A stretch of 63,398 nucleotides of DNA, counting the filler, from Octopus bimaculoides (Eukaryota): NCBI RefSeq assembly GCF_001194135.2. It is 7 parts of 7 records of this genome, joined end to end, with 100 filler letters (N's around TTAATTAATTAA, not from the genome) between each part and the next. Parts side by side here need not be neighbours in the genome. Positions count along the whole stretch, not along the records: positions 38,529 to 47,046 come from NC_068993.1; positions 47,147 to 57,581 come from NC_068988.1; 5 more parts are not named here. One strand, given 5' to 3'. Of the stretch, positions 41,383-52,983 are shown in pieces (positions within the stretch are counted from its first letter, which is position 1; each line of letters starts with the position of its first letter). A program made the translations under genes and the position numbers. The notes beneath the pieces were generated by a model, which saw nothing but the letters and a program-made list of their open reading frames with translations, did no database searches and was not told the origin of the DNA.

Positions 41383-41563
41383 ATGAAGTAGTTGTATGCT
41401 GTCAACTTAATGTCACAGTCTCCTGAAGGGAATAATACTACTGTTGGTTAAACCTTGGAAGCTGCACCGCTTCCTGTCGGCCTTGACACATTTCCTGTGT
41501 CCTTATGTCGGCCTTGACACATTTCCTGTGTCCTTATGTCGGCCTTGACACATTTCCTGTGTC
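41383..41563 (-). repeat. Second copy of the 40611-40736 repeat, ending in about 2.8 tandem 31-bp units
   Basis: The unit tcggccttgacacatttcctgtgtccttatg starts at 41477, 41508 and 41539; each contains the hairpin GACACA-tttcc-TGTGTC. Confidence 0.9.
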
Positions 41564-41634
41564 TATAGATAAAAAATGGTGGAGAACCACTGATCTAGAC
41601 AATAATTTTTTATAATAATGTGAAAAAATTATCT

Positions 41635-41750
41635 GTACACAAATGGCTGTGTGGTAAAAAGCTTGCTTCTCAACCACATGTTTCCGGGTTCAGTTCCATT
41701 GCATGGTACCTTGGGCAAGTGTCATTTATTATAGCCTCGGTCAGACCAAA
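41635..41750 (+). mobile_element. SINE family A head
   Basis: tggctgtgtggtaaaaagcttgcttctcaaccacatg..ccgggttcagttcc...ccttgggcaagtgtc. Confidence 0.85.
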
Positions 41751-41959
41751 GCATATACTCGTCGTATATTTGATTCCGGGACAATTGTCTTGTTATCTAT
41801 TTAATAGATTTTTTCACCTTCAGTTGCCACCGGCTAATGCTGCTTGGTGGTCAAATGTTTTTCACCCATCAGATGAATTTCAATAACAGTAGAACTTCTT
41901 GTACTGACCGACCACCAGCATACTCCAAGATAAACCATTTTACTATATACCATCCTTCT

Positions 41960-42027
41960 CACTTTATCTATGTTGTTATTGTTGTTGTTGCTACTGCTGC
42001 TGTTGTTGTTGCTATTGTTGTTGTTGC

Positions 42028-42073
<46 letters not shown>

Positions 42074-42145
42074 CTTCTTCTTCTTCTTCTTCTTCTTCTT
42101 CTTCTTCTTCTTCTTCTTCTTCTTCTTCTTCTTCTTCTTCTTCTT
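41960..42145. repeat. (GTT)n followed by (CTT)n microsatellite
   Basis: Directly visible. Confidence 0.95.
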
Positions 42146-42169
42146 TACTTCTGTCGCAGGATTACTCAT

Positions 42170-42310
42170 TTTGCCGGCCGAGTGGACTGGAGTAACGTGA
42201 AATGAAGTGTTTTGCACAAGAACACAATGCGTTGCCCGGTCGAGGAATCGAAATCACAATCTTACGATCATGAGTCCAACACACTAACCTCTATGTCACA
42301 CGCCTTCACA
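42170..42310 (-). mobile_element. tRNA-derived SINE family D head
   Basis: Minus strand gaggttagtgtgttggactcatgatcgtaagattgtgatttcgattcct matches plus-strand 56595-56650. Confidence 0.75.
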
Positions 42311-42894
42311 ATATATGTACTGGAGTCGATTCATTCGACTAAAAATCTTTCAAGGCAGTGCTCCAGCATGACCGCAGTCTAATGACTGAAACAAGTAAAA
42401 GATAAAAGATGAAACCAATCAAACGCCCATTATTCTCTGAAAGTTACTAATGGTCTTAGACTTATTTCCGTAGTTGTCTAAAAAGAAGATATTTTGTAAC
42501 GCTTCTGATTTTAATAAGGAGGCTTATATACAATAAGGCTTCTGAGATAAAATTTTGTACAATACTGCACCAAATTTTGCAGAGTGTAAGAATAGACTTA
42601 TAAGTATTTTGTAATATAATCCAATTTTTAGTTTAAATGTAAGAAGAAATATCACAAAAGAATTCCTAAATCTCATTTCTTTTTTCTTTCCGCCAAATCA
42701 GATCTTACAAGACCTTTAACAGAAACAAAGTCAGTTATTCTTGACGTAATTGTTTTGTTTGCTTAATTAATTAACCTCCTCCAATGCGTAAAACAATAGT
42801 TGCTCCCAAAACAAAATGCACAAAAAGCACTCCAACAACAACAGCAACATTACACATCTTCCTTCGTGTAGTTGTAATATCGTAACAACTGTCC

Positions 42895-43383
42895 ACTAGA
42901 CAGTATGTTCGTCTGTCCGAGCGACGAGGACTCTAGTGATCCTTAAGAACCACTGATGACTTTATTTAAAGTGGAGAAGGGCTGTACATCGTCAACCTTG
43001 TTCTTTCATCTGTGACCATCTTCAGACCAGAGGCAAAATCTGGTCAAAACGACTGGGGTGGAAGATATATACTGTGGATGACCAAGATCATTTGCTTGCC
43101 TCGTCTGGCTCACTTCACGGCACAATGCGTTACTGCAGTCGCCTTTCTCTCTGTTAAACCATGAAGGATTCTTCCGCTACGTGCACCAGATCCTGTCTTC
43201 ACATGCATATGTAGGCAAGCCCAAGTGTGCTAATTAATTCATAGCTGCACCCCTGACAGGTGTTACTACTCTGGGTCAGAGTAAACCTAGGAAGAATAAT
43301 GGCTACGAAGTGGTTCCATAATTCCCAAAACCCTGAAACTCTTAAGCCAGTATCCCAATGAAATTTGAAGTCATGCTCAGGAT
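42895..43383 (-). mobile_element. Non-autonomous RTE-related short element (about 490 bp, no ORF)
   Basis: Colinear with 51160-51548; ends in gtcctcgtcgctcggacagacgaac, resembling RTE-type 3' termini. The RTE assignment is from recalled motif resemblance only. Confidence 0.55.
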
Positions 43384-43423
43384 ACATACATACATACATA
43401 CATACATACATACATACATACAT

Positions 43424-43600
43424 AGACATTACAAGTGCAATCTGTGAGTGGAACAGTAAAAATATGCAACACTTTTCTCAAGTTCCAAATGTGAATTTGT
43501 CTGTGTTAACTACATCTCAAAGAGGGGGCCTTGTATCTTTGTTGGAAACCGGCTCCCTCCTCATTGGAAGACTTATAATAATAAAAAAATTAGAAGAGAC
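43424..43600 (+). mobile_element. R4/Dong-like LINE 3' UTR fragment between (ATAC)n and an ATAC-like tail
   Basis: ggggccttgtatctttgttggaaaccggctccctcctcattggaaga aligns with the 3' UTR of the 46000-47046 copy (ggagccttgaatctatgttagagtccggctcttttctctattgacaaga). (ATAC)n at 43382-43423 precedes it. Confidence 0.7.
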
Positions 43601-44694
43601 ATATACATAATTTCATATATACAAACAGCGAGACAGATAAACAGACAGACAAACAAACAGACAGACACACACACACACACACACACGCATGTACATATAT
43701 ATATATATATNNNNNNNNNNNNNNNNNNNNNNNNNNNNNNNNNNNNNNNNNNNNNNNNNNNNNNNNNNNNNNNNNNNNNNNNNNNNNNNNNNNNNNNNNN
43801 NNNNNNNNNNNNNNNNNNNNNNNNNNNNNNNNNNNNNNNNNNNNNNNNNNNNNNNNNNNNNNNNNNNNNNNNNNNNNNNNNNNNNNNNNNNNNNNNNNNN
43901 NNNNNNNNNNNNNNNNNNNNNNNNNNNNNNNNNNNNNNNNNNNNNNNNNNNNNNNNNNNNNNNNNNNNNNNNNNNNNNNNNNNNNNNNNNNNNNNNNNNN
44001 NNNNNNNNNNNNNNNNNNNNNNNNNNNNNNNNNNNNNNNNNNNNNNNNNNNNNNNNNNNNNNNNNNNNNNNNNNNNNNNNNNNNNNNNNNNNNNNNNNNN
44101 NNNNNNNNNNNNNNNNNNNNNNNNNNNNNNNNNNNNNNNNNNNNNNNNNNNNNNNNNNNNNNNNNNNNNNNNNNNNNNNNNNNNNNNNNNNNNNNNNNNN
44201 NNNNNNNNNNNNNNNNNNNNNNNNNNNNNNNNNNNNNNNNNNNNNNNNNNNNNNNNNNNNNNNNNNNNNNNNNNNNNNNNNNNNNNNNNNNNNNNNNNNN
44301 NNNNNNNNNNNNNNNNNNNNNNNNNNNNNNNNNNNNNNNNNNNNNNNNNNNNNNNNNNNNNNNNNNNNNNNNNNNNNNNNNNNNNNNNNNNNNNNNNNNN
44401 NNNNNNNNNNNNNNNNNNNNNNNNNNNNNNNNNNNNNNNNNNNNNNNNNNNNNNNNNNNNNNNNNNNNNNNNNNNNNNNNNNNNNNNNNNNNNNNNNNNN
44501 NNNNNNNNNNNNNNNNNNNNNNNNNNNNNNNNNNNNNNNNNNNNNNNNNNNNNNNNNNNNNNNNNNNNNNNNNNNNNNNNNNNNNNNNNNNNNNNNNNNN
44601 NNNNNNNNNNNNNNNNNNNNNNNNNNNNNNNNNNNNNNNNNNNNNNNNNNNNNNNNNNNNNNNNNNNNNNNNNNNNNNNNNNNNNNNNNNNNNN

Positions 44695-44765
<71 letters not shown>

Positions 44766-45084
44766 CGTGTGCGTGTGTGTGTGTGTGTATGTGTGTGTGT
44801 TTGTGTGTGTGTGTGCATGTGTCTCTTCATTAGTACACAAAAAAACTGAATTAAGAAATATTAGATAAGACCAACGAAAATATAGGATATGTTTAACAAT
44901 AAAAACATTGGATTTATAACAACAACGACAAAAGCAGTAAACAGCTTGAGCCAAATGGAAACGTAAACAATAAAATTTTAAAATTCATGGTAGTGAGTTA
45001 CTTTGAAAGATAATGTCTATTAAACATTATAGAATGACATAAGTGAAGATGCTGAAAACGAAAGTTTTAGGTGATGATGAGGAC

Positions 45085-45151
<67 letters not shown>

Positions 45152-45519
45152 ATGGTGATGATGATGGTGATGATGAAGATGAGGAGAAGGAGGAAGAGGA
45201 GATGGGAGAGGAGGTAGAGGATAGTGGTGGTGATGGTGATGGTGGTAGTGGTGGCAGTAATAGTCGTGTTGATATTGATGTTGTTGGCGCTGCTGGTTGT
45301 GGTTGTGTTAATGATGATGATGATGATGATCTCAATTTTGCTTCTAAATTTACCGTGTTTTGTCGCGACGCAATCACACTCCCTACGCACATACACATAC
45401 ATATACACAGAACCAAAACTCACAGACGTACATACATGTGCACACATAAATTGACCAGGTATACATACCTAGATATATGGCTAATCAGTACATATATACA
45501 GATATACATATGTATGTAT

Positions 45520-45960
45520 GTCTCTTCTATGCTTTAATTGTTATAAATCTTCCACCGAGGAGGGAGCCGGTTTCCAACAAAGATGCACGGTCCCATCTTT
45601 GTATGTAATTATTCAGTTTATTTCAAGGTTTCTACCCTAGATTCAAGGTTGCTCGTCGGAAATTTAACATCAACAACAGGGTATTTTTGTATGTATGTAT
45701 GTATGTATGTACGTATGTATGTATGTATGTATGTATGTATGTATGTATGTATGTATGTATGTATGTATCTATGTATGTGCAGATTTGTATGTTTTATGTA
45801 TGTATTCTCATGCATATAGTTGCATATCTAGACATGCTCATATATATTCAAATGATAAACCTCTGGAAAGTTTTACAGATTTTTAGAGTTCCAGATGGAT
45901 TGGATCTGTAGTCTCCGAATTACCTTTCTCCATTCTGGTTTTGAGAAGCCTTATTTCTCG
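45520..45960 (-). mobile_element. Two stacked 5'-truncated R4/Dong-like 3' ends (45520-45592 and 45601-45960)
   Basis: 45960-45840 reads GFSKPEWRKVIRRLQIQSI-GTLKICKTFQRFII*, paralogous to the 46330-46230 C-terminus; 45520-45592 is the reverse complement of the 43540-43600 terminus. Confidence 0.8.
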
Positions 45961-45999
45961 TATGTATGTATGTATGTATGTATGTATGTATGTATGTAT

Positions 46000-47046
46000 A
46001 TATGTTATCAATCAGTTTCATTTCTGTATTTCTTGTCAATAGAGAAAGAGCCGGACTCTAACATAGATTCAAGGCTCCTTCATTGGCACTTTTGTCAACA
46101 TCATCTAGGTATTTGTGCATATATGTGTGTGTGCAGTATTTGGTGTTAGTGTATGCGCAGATTTGTATGTTTGTTTTATGGATGCGTTTTTATGTATATA
46201 TTTTCATGTCTATATGCATGCATATGTATTTATGTGCTAAACTTTTGGAAAGTTTTACATATCTTTACAATTCAATTGATGTCTTGAATCTGTAGTCTTC
46301 TAATCAGCCTTTTTCTATCAGGTTTTGAGAACCCTAATTTTTCCAGGTTTTTGTTGAGGCAGTTAGTTACATATCCCAATGCCCCAACAATGAATCTGAA
46401 CTTGTAGTCTGGGTGAAGTATCTGCAAATTTCTCAGTAGCTCGGCGTAGTTCTCTTTTTCTCTAATCTTTAGTGTGATGTTGACATCCGCAGGACAGCTG
46501 ATTTCTACTACTGTACACAGTTTCTCTTCTCTGTCCCAGATTACTATATCCGGTCTATTATGTCTGCATTTTATTGAGGTTTTTATTGAGACATTCCATC
46601 AATACTCTTTCATATTGTGAGTGGTAATGGCCTCTACCTCATAATGGGTTTTCATCTCCTTAGCCCCGGGGTTATCCTGTCGGCGGATTTCATTGTACAG
46701 TGTCTTGGCCACAACATCATGTCTCATAGGTAGGTAATACCGTGATGACATCTTTGGACAACTGCTGATGATGTGGGTGATATCTTCGATACTGATTCCA
46801 CAGAGTCTGCATTGGTTATTACATTGTGGCGCTTTGCCCGCCTCTCTGTCCCGTTTGTTTATTAGGAATTTGGTTACTATTTCTTGTTCTTGAATAGCAA
46901 AGGCATACCCTTCAAAGTGAGAGTTGGTGACCCGATTGTTTGTCAACGATAGACTGCTCTGGTTGTCAATGTTGTTATCACCCTGGAGCTTTCTGTTAAC
47001 GTATCCATGCATGGTCTTCTGCTGGAATGCATTCATCCTCTCCTCT
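46000..47046 (-). mobile_element. R4/Dong-like non-LTR retrotransposon 3' part: CCHC knuckle, RHD motif and restriction-like endonuclease; relatively young; 5' end lost in gap
   Basis: CRLCGISIEDITHIISSCPKMSSRYYLPMRHDVVAK...HNRPDIVIWDREEKLCTVVEISCPADVNITLKIREKENYAELL...GALGYV...IVKICKTFQKF, with a few stops. Confidence 0.9.
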
Positions 47047-47372
47047 NNNNNNNNNNNNNNNNNNNNNNNNNNNNNNNNNNNNNNNNNNNNTTAATTAATT
47101 AANNNNNNNNNNNNNNNNNNNNNNNNNNNNNNNNNNNNNNNNNNNNACCTACACAACTACAACACCGACTGGACAATGATGGTCCAAAATCTTTTGTAAT
47201 TCACGATAATTCACTGGCATTTGTGTTTCTTTAATTAAGCAAGTTTCATATTTAATTTAGAAATGTGTTGATTAAGGTGACCGCCTCTGAAAAATCAGTA
47301 ATTCGAAAAGGCTTTGTATTTAAAGGCTCCTCCGTATGTTGTACCTATCTATCTATCTATCTATCTATCTAT

Positions 47373-47417
<45 letters not shown>

Positions 47418-47432
47418 GTCTTTTTGTCTCTT

Positions 47433-47496
<64 letters not shown>

Positions 47497-47649
47497 CACA
47501 CACACACATACACTTATATATACATACATACATACATACATACATACATACGTAGAAAGATGGTACCACGATCTCTCAGACCTCTCGAAGCTTGTGAGTT
47601 TTAAGTAGTTACTGTTTATTTTGAACATCTGAAAGTCAACTCGTGTAGG

Positions 47650-47870
47650 AAAAACTTGGCCGGAAAGGATATTTCAGAGATTTGACAATTATGGATGGAA
47701 GGTATGAATATCATCGCTAGTGTGGGGTTGTACGGTAAGGGTGGAGTTTGGGGAGAAGCAAGTACGTCGGTCAGACTTGAGACAAAATGGTATGCATTCA
47801 GCCAGCTACGAGGTACTGTGGCCGTTTTAGTAATGATAGTTAATACATAGGGAGGAGACACATCATCTGT
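47650..47870 (-). mobile_element. Possible CR1-like RT remnant
   Basis: TATVPRSWLNAY resembles the TG.FP.SWK.A motif upstream of NYRPI; heavily decayed. Confidence 0.35.
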
Positions 47871-48164
47871 TGCTTAGAAGTTGATGAAATCGAAGTGTGT
47901 TGTTGGGTGGGACATCTTAACAGACAGTAACGTATTTTAAAAAAGAAACAGAAAAATACACCAAGATAAAGATAAGAAATAAAACTAACTAAAATGGGAG
48001 GATAAAAGATAGAAATAATCTTTATAACGCCCTACGTCTTCAGTGTTTGACTGTTTGAGTTTACCTTTGTAATACCTTCGTTTTATTTCCACTAACAACC
48101 TCCCCTTCGCGTGTCTCTTATTATATTCGAAGTTTAACTCTGCCTCTGTCATTTTTCCATCAAC

Positions 48165-48370
48165 GGAAAGGTGGTAAGCCGGCAAAATCGTTGGCGAAAT
48201 GCTTAGTGGTATTTCGCCCGTGTGTACGCCCTGTGTTAAAATGTCACCGATGTCGACTTTGCCTTTTATCTTTTCGAGATTGATAAAATATATACCAGTT
48301 GAATACTGGAGTCGATGTAATCAACTATCACCCCTCCTAAAATTTCAGGCCTTGTGCCTATACTAAAAAG
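48165..48370 (+). mobile_element. SINE family B
   Basis: Colinear with 40205-40430. Confidence 0.8.
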
Positions 48371-49192
48371 GACTTTTACGTCAACAGAATACACATAGCC
48401 CCATAAATACGCGATCTAATCCACTAGTTGTCGGTTTGATTTTAAAAAGATGATGAATGTCAGTTCACCCTCTTCCTCTTTATCATTACTTTTAGTGGGA
48501 TATCACTGTTTTTCGAAGAGGTTGTTCCTCCTCACCAATTTTCACAGAAATTTATCGTGCTTGTTCTAGTTGCTGCTTCTATGTTAATTCGATACCGCTA
48601 CAGTCCTTTTATAAAACACAGACCTTATAACGTTTATTTCTTTCTACCCACTTGGATTAGATCATGTGACAAAGTGACACTGTTCAGTTTTACAAAATTC
48701 TTTCAACTATTTTTTTTTTCTGAGAACTTTGTTAAATCTAAAAATTCTGTGCGAAACGGAACCAAGATTAATTTAATACAACTCCTAACAGAACAATTTA
48801 AAATGTTTGTTGCTGTGCGAAGGCTGTTATTGATTATTAATTGCTCATTAAAATATTAATTATTTTCTTCCTGTTCATTCCATAGTGTGGCTTGTTTTTA
48901 TAGTGTTTTTCTCGTTTTGTTTGCTGTTGCAATATTTTATCTCATACCGTGGTGGCATTTGATAAATATCTCGAGTGTGAAATGTGGTCAGAATGTTTAA
49001 GAAAATAAAGTCTGTGAAAACCCAATTTTTTTCGACTACTTCCGGGTATCGAGGCAGGCCGACCTTAGATAATTAAATTGTTTTAGAGCAAATATGCCAC
49101 AGAAAGTGTCATTTGGTAAATCTTGCAATATATTCAGGGTTTGGAGCAAAACATAAACACGTGTTTATGCCTGAGAGCCAGTAATAATAAAG

Positions 49193-50330
49193 ATTTCAAA
49201 TTTTGGCACAAGGCCATCAGTTACGATGGAGGGGATAACTCGATTACATTGACCCCAGTGCACAACTGGTACTTATTTTATTGATCCCGAAAGGATGAAA
49301 AACAAAGTCAACATCGGTGGGATTTGAATTCAGAATGTGAAGACGAACGAAATGCTGTGAAGCATTTTGCTCGCTGCGCTAACGATTCTGCCAGTTCGCG
49401 GTCTTAAAGCTAGTGATAATGATTTCGAACTTTGGCACAAGACCAGCAATTTTGGGGGAGGGAGTCAAGGCAAAGTCGACCTCAGCGGAATTTGAACTCA
49501 GAATTAGAGCCAGACATAAAAATAATTGTTTGTAATTTAGGCGCAAGTCCAATAATTCTGAGAGGATGGGGTTAGTTAATATAATCGACTCCAGTACTTG
49601 ACCTTGCGAGATGAAAGACAAAGCTGGGCCTTGACGTAATTTGAACTGAGGACGTAAAGAGCCGGAAGAAATGCCACTAAGTATTTTGTCTGACACCTCA
49701 ACGATTCTTCCACCTCGTCACCTTAATTATTTATTCAAAATTTTAGCACAAGGCTAGAAGTTTTAGGGGGGATGCGGTTAGTCACTTACATCAACTCTAA
49801 TACTTGTTTGGTACTTTATTTTATCGACCCACAAAGGATGCAAGACAAAGATGAACTCGACCGCATTTGAACACAGAACGTAAAGGGTCGTAACTGAATA
49901 AGGCAAGGCATTTCGTTCGCGCTTAATTATAACTGCTTGCAATATAGGTACAAGGCCAAGGCGACGAGTTGGTAGAATCGTTAGCGCGCCGGGAAAAATG
50001 CTTGACGATAAAATAAGTACCAGTTGATCACTGCGGTAGATGTGCTCGACTTGTCCTCTCTCCCCAAATTTCAGGCCTTGTGCTTTTAGTAGAAAAGGTT
50101 ATTATTAAGACAGTTAGCTAGCAGAATAATTAGTACGCCTGGTAAAATGCATAGCGGTATTTCTTTTGGCTTCGCGTTCTAAGTTCAAATGCTATTGAGC
50201 TCGACTTTGTCTTTCATTTTATAGGAGATCGATAAAATAATCACCGATCAAGCACAGAGAGCGATGTAATCGACATCCCTCTCACCTTAAAAATTGTTGG
50301 CCTTGCGCCTGAATTAGAAACCAATATAAT
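49193..50330. mobile_element. Cluster of about 6 full or partial SINE-B copies: minus strand to about 49925, plus strand from about 49955
   Basis: Repeated tttggcacaaggcca..., ggtactt(t)attt(t)atcga..ccc, atttgaactcagaa and aacgattctgccag; orientation switches near 49940. Confidence 0.8.
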
Positions 50331-50645
50331 CAAGTGCTCCTAGATATTTTGGATAAAATATAAATGCATATGTATCCGGGCTGATAAGCGGTGTTTTGAA
50401 AAGGTAGGCCACAAATATTCTCTTTTTGACTGAATTAGAAAGTAGTCTTCACATCTGTAGGGCAAATGATCGCAATTATGATATGTAATTTGAGTTTCCT
50501 GTCTGGAAAGCAGCTAAATCAGACCTGCAATGCTTGAATTTGGTGGAAGGCTTGATGTAGGAGTATGCTCATATGGTTTTATTTTATTTCTCCGACCCAC
50601 AAACAGCTTTTTTTATTGGGAATCGTAAATCCTCGGCTAGGTTAG

Positions 50646-51130
50646 TCATGTATGTATGTATGTATGTATGTATGTATGTATGTGTGTGTATGCATGTATG
50701 TATGTATGTATACATGTATATCTCCTATATTTTATTATTATAGAAGCGACATACATACATACATACATGCATGCATGCATACACACACATACATGATACA
50801 TACATACATACATACTTACATACATAATACATACATACATGCATACATACATACATACATACATACAAACATATATGACTAAATTAGCCAATGATTTATA
50901 ATGCTTAATAAAAGAATCATGTTCGTGGGTCGCAGATCGCTTCTTTCTCTAGGGTGATAGATTTGTATGTATATATGTTTGTATGTATGTATTTTTGTAT
51001 CTAAATAGAAGTATGTATGTATGCATGTCTGTATGTATGTATGCATGTCTGTATGTATGCAAGTGTGTATGCATGTGTGTATGTTTATACATATATGTGT
51101 ATGTATGCATTTATGTATAAGTACGTATGT
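50646..51130. repeat. (TATG)n...(ATAC)n arrays enclosing a tiny tagaagcgac R4-like terminus at 50741-50750
   Basis: Directly visible; the terminus matches tagaagagac(atac) at 43591 and 45520-45529. Confidence 0.7.
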
Positions 51131-51159
51131 ATGAAAATATGTGAGTACGAAGTCTTGAG

Positions 51160-51548
51160 TATGACTTTAAACAACGTCTGGTAGTGAAGCCCTGCTTCAG
51201 GAGTTTTATAAATTCAAAGAATATGGATCCACCACTTAGTCACTATTGTTTTCAGGTGTACTCCGCCCCAGAACAGTAGCACCTCTCAGGATACGAGCAA
51301 TGGGTTAACTGTCATGGTAGCATTGTGGAGTGCAGAGAGCAAGATGCGTTAAATATAATATCTTGCTGTTTAATTTACTCGCCTCCTCATCCTCAGTCAT
51401 CCTGACCTCACAGATGAGAGAGAGTGAGAGAGTGAGGTTGATGGCGCGCAGCACTTCTCTTTAAGCAAAGTCATTGCTCAAGTCATCAGTCATCTTCCAT
51501 CCCTTTAGGATAACTGTATCGTCCTCGTGGCTTTGACGGACGAACAAA
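51160..51548 (+). mobile_element. Non-autonomous RTE-related short element, second copy
   Basis: Shares t(c/t)ctgag(c/t)atgactt, cacagatga, gaggttga..g..cagc.cttctc, aagtcatcagt and gtcctcgt.gct..gac.gacgaac with 42895-43383. Confidence 0.6.
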
Positions 51549-51624
51549 GTGTACGCATGCGTACATGCATGCGTACATGCATGTATTCATGTATTTATAT
51601 ACGCATGCATATATGTATATTCTT

Positions 51625-51822
51625 TGACTCTTTTACTCTTTTAATTGTTTCAGTCCTCTGACTGCGGCCATGCTGGAGCACCGCCTTTAGTCGAGAAAAT
51701 CGACCCCAGGACTTATTCTTTGTAAGCCTAGTACTTATTCTATTTATTTTTTTTTTGCCGAAACCGCTAAGTTACGGGGACGTAAACACACCAGCATCGG
51801 TTGTCAAGCGATGGTGGGGGGA

Positions 51823-51868
<46 letters not shown>

Positions 51869-51985
51869 CATATATACGACGGGCTTTCAATTTCCATCTA
51901 CCAAATCCACTCACAAGGCTTTGGTGGGAAAGAACCCGGAACCATGTGGTTAGTAAGCAAGCTACTTACCACACAGCCACTCGCT
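51625..51985 (-). mobile_element. SINE family A, near full length with an internal deletion in the head
   Basis: Tail at 51625-51830, (CA)n/(TA)n linker, head at 51880-51985. Confidence 0.9.
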
Positions 51986-51989
51986 TACC

Positions 51990-52983
51990 TGCAGTTATAT
52001 ATTTTTTTAGCAACAACATCATGCCGTAATAGGAAGTAGTTTCTCGATATTTTCGAACAGCAGCTAATCACACGTGCAATCTCTCACACGGAAGTGTGAT
52101 ATAATCCACATTTTTGGTTGCCTGTTGGTGGTTTAGGGACTTCATTGCCCCTTGTATTCTCAGATATATTATACCCATTTCCTGTTCTAGAATTGCAAAG
52201 GTATAATCTTTGAAATGTGATGTGATGTAACGGACCCGAGTCCAAGAGAAGCTACACTCCAAATTAATGTTCGTATCACCCTCTAGTTCAAAGGAGATGT
52301 TCTCATGCATAACGTTTTTTCCATGCAGAATGCTTTCTTTCTAGGTCTTTGATGAGGTACGCTAGTCCAGTAATTCTGGGGTCAGATGAAAGGTCATCCG
52401 AAAATGAGTATTTCTTGGTAAGTTCACTGTCGTAAAACGGTATTATCTTCTCTTTTGATTGTTCGGTTGATGTATTTATTTTTGCTGTTGTCGTTTGAGC
52501 GATACCATACGACACTCAAAAACTCTTTGGACTGACCTTAAACCTTTCCCACCCTGTTTCCTTTTGAGACAGAGCCTATCAATGTCACTATTTCTGTGGA
52601 AGCTAGCAGTTAGTATCAAGGTCTTGAGTCTTTTAATAGTAAGATTTCCTCTAAATCCAAGTGTTGGCATCGCTACAGTTACTGAAGATGCATTCTGGAA
52701 TATTGCCTTGTAAGCGAGACGATTCGACTGCCATAGTTTTTAAAGACTGCTATAATATTCATCGGTCGCTCTATTTTTGTCCACAGCATCTTTGAATGAT
52801 AAATTTCAATACTTAGGTACTGGTAGCGCTAATTGTGTAAAAATGGGGAAAGAAAGAGAAGATTTACTGTGTGTGAAACTTCTATTTACGGCGCTCATCT
52901 CATATGAACATCTCTTTTCACCAAATTGCTTCCCGATATCAACTGAAAGTATTCTTATTAAAACCAGCTGTTTCTCTGCATTG
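51990..52983 (-). mobile_element. Older R4/Dong-like LINE: RT thumb to RHD region, interrupted by a mariner element; continues at 53848-53930
   Basis: NAEKQLVLIRILSVDIGKQFGEK (cf. FSKDIGMQFG.DKC), DEYYSSL*KLWQS, SFHRNSDIDRLCLKRKQGGKGL, ITSHFKDYTFAILEQE, SRNYFLLRHDVVAKK. An FMENL remnant (cf. F.DDL) lies beyond the mariner. Confidence 0.85.

Noticed and set aside
41477-41563. CRISPR-like 31-bp hairpin repeats
   Set aside because: The units are directly adjacent with no spacers, in a eukaryotic context with no cas genes.
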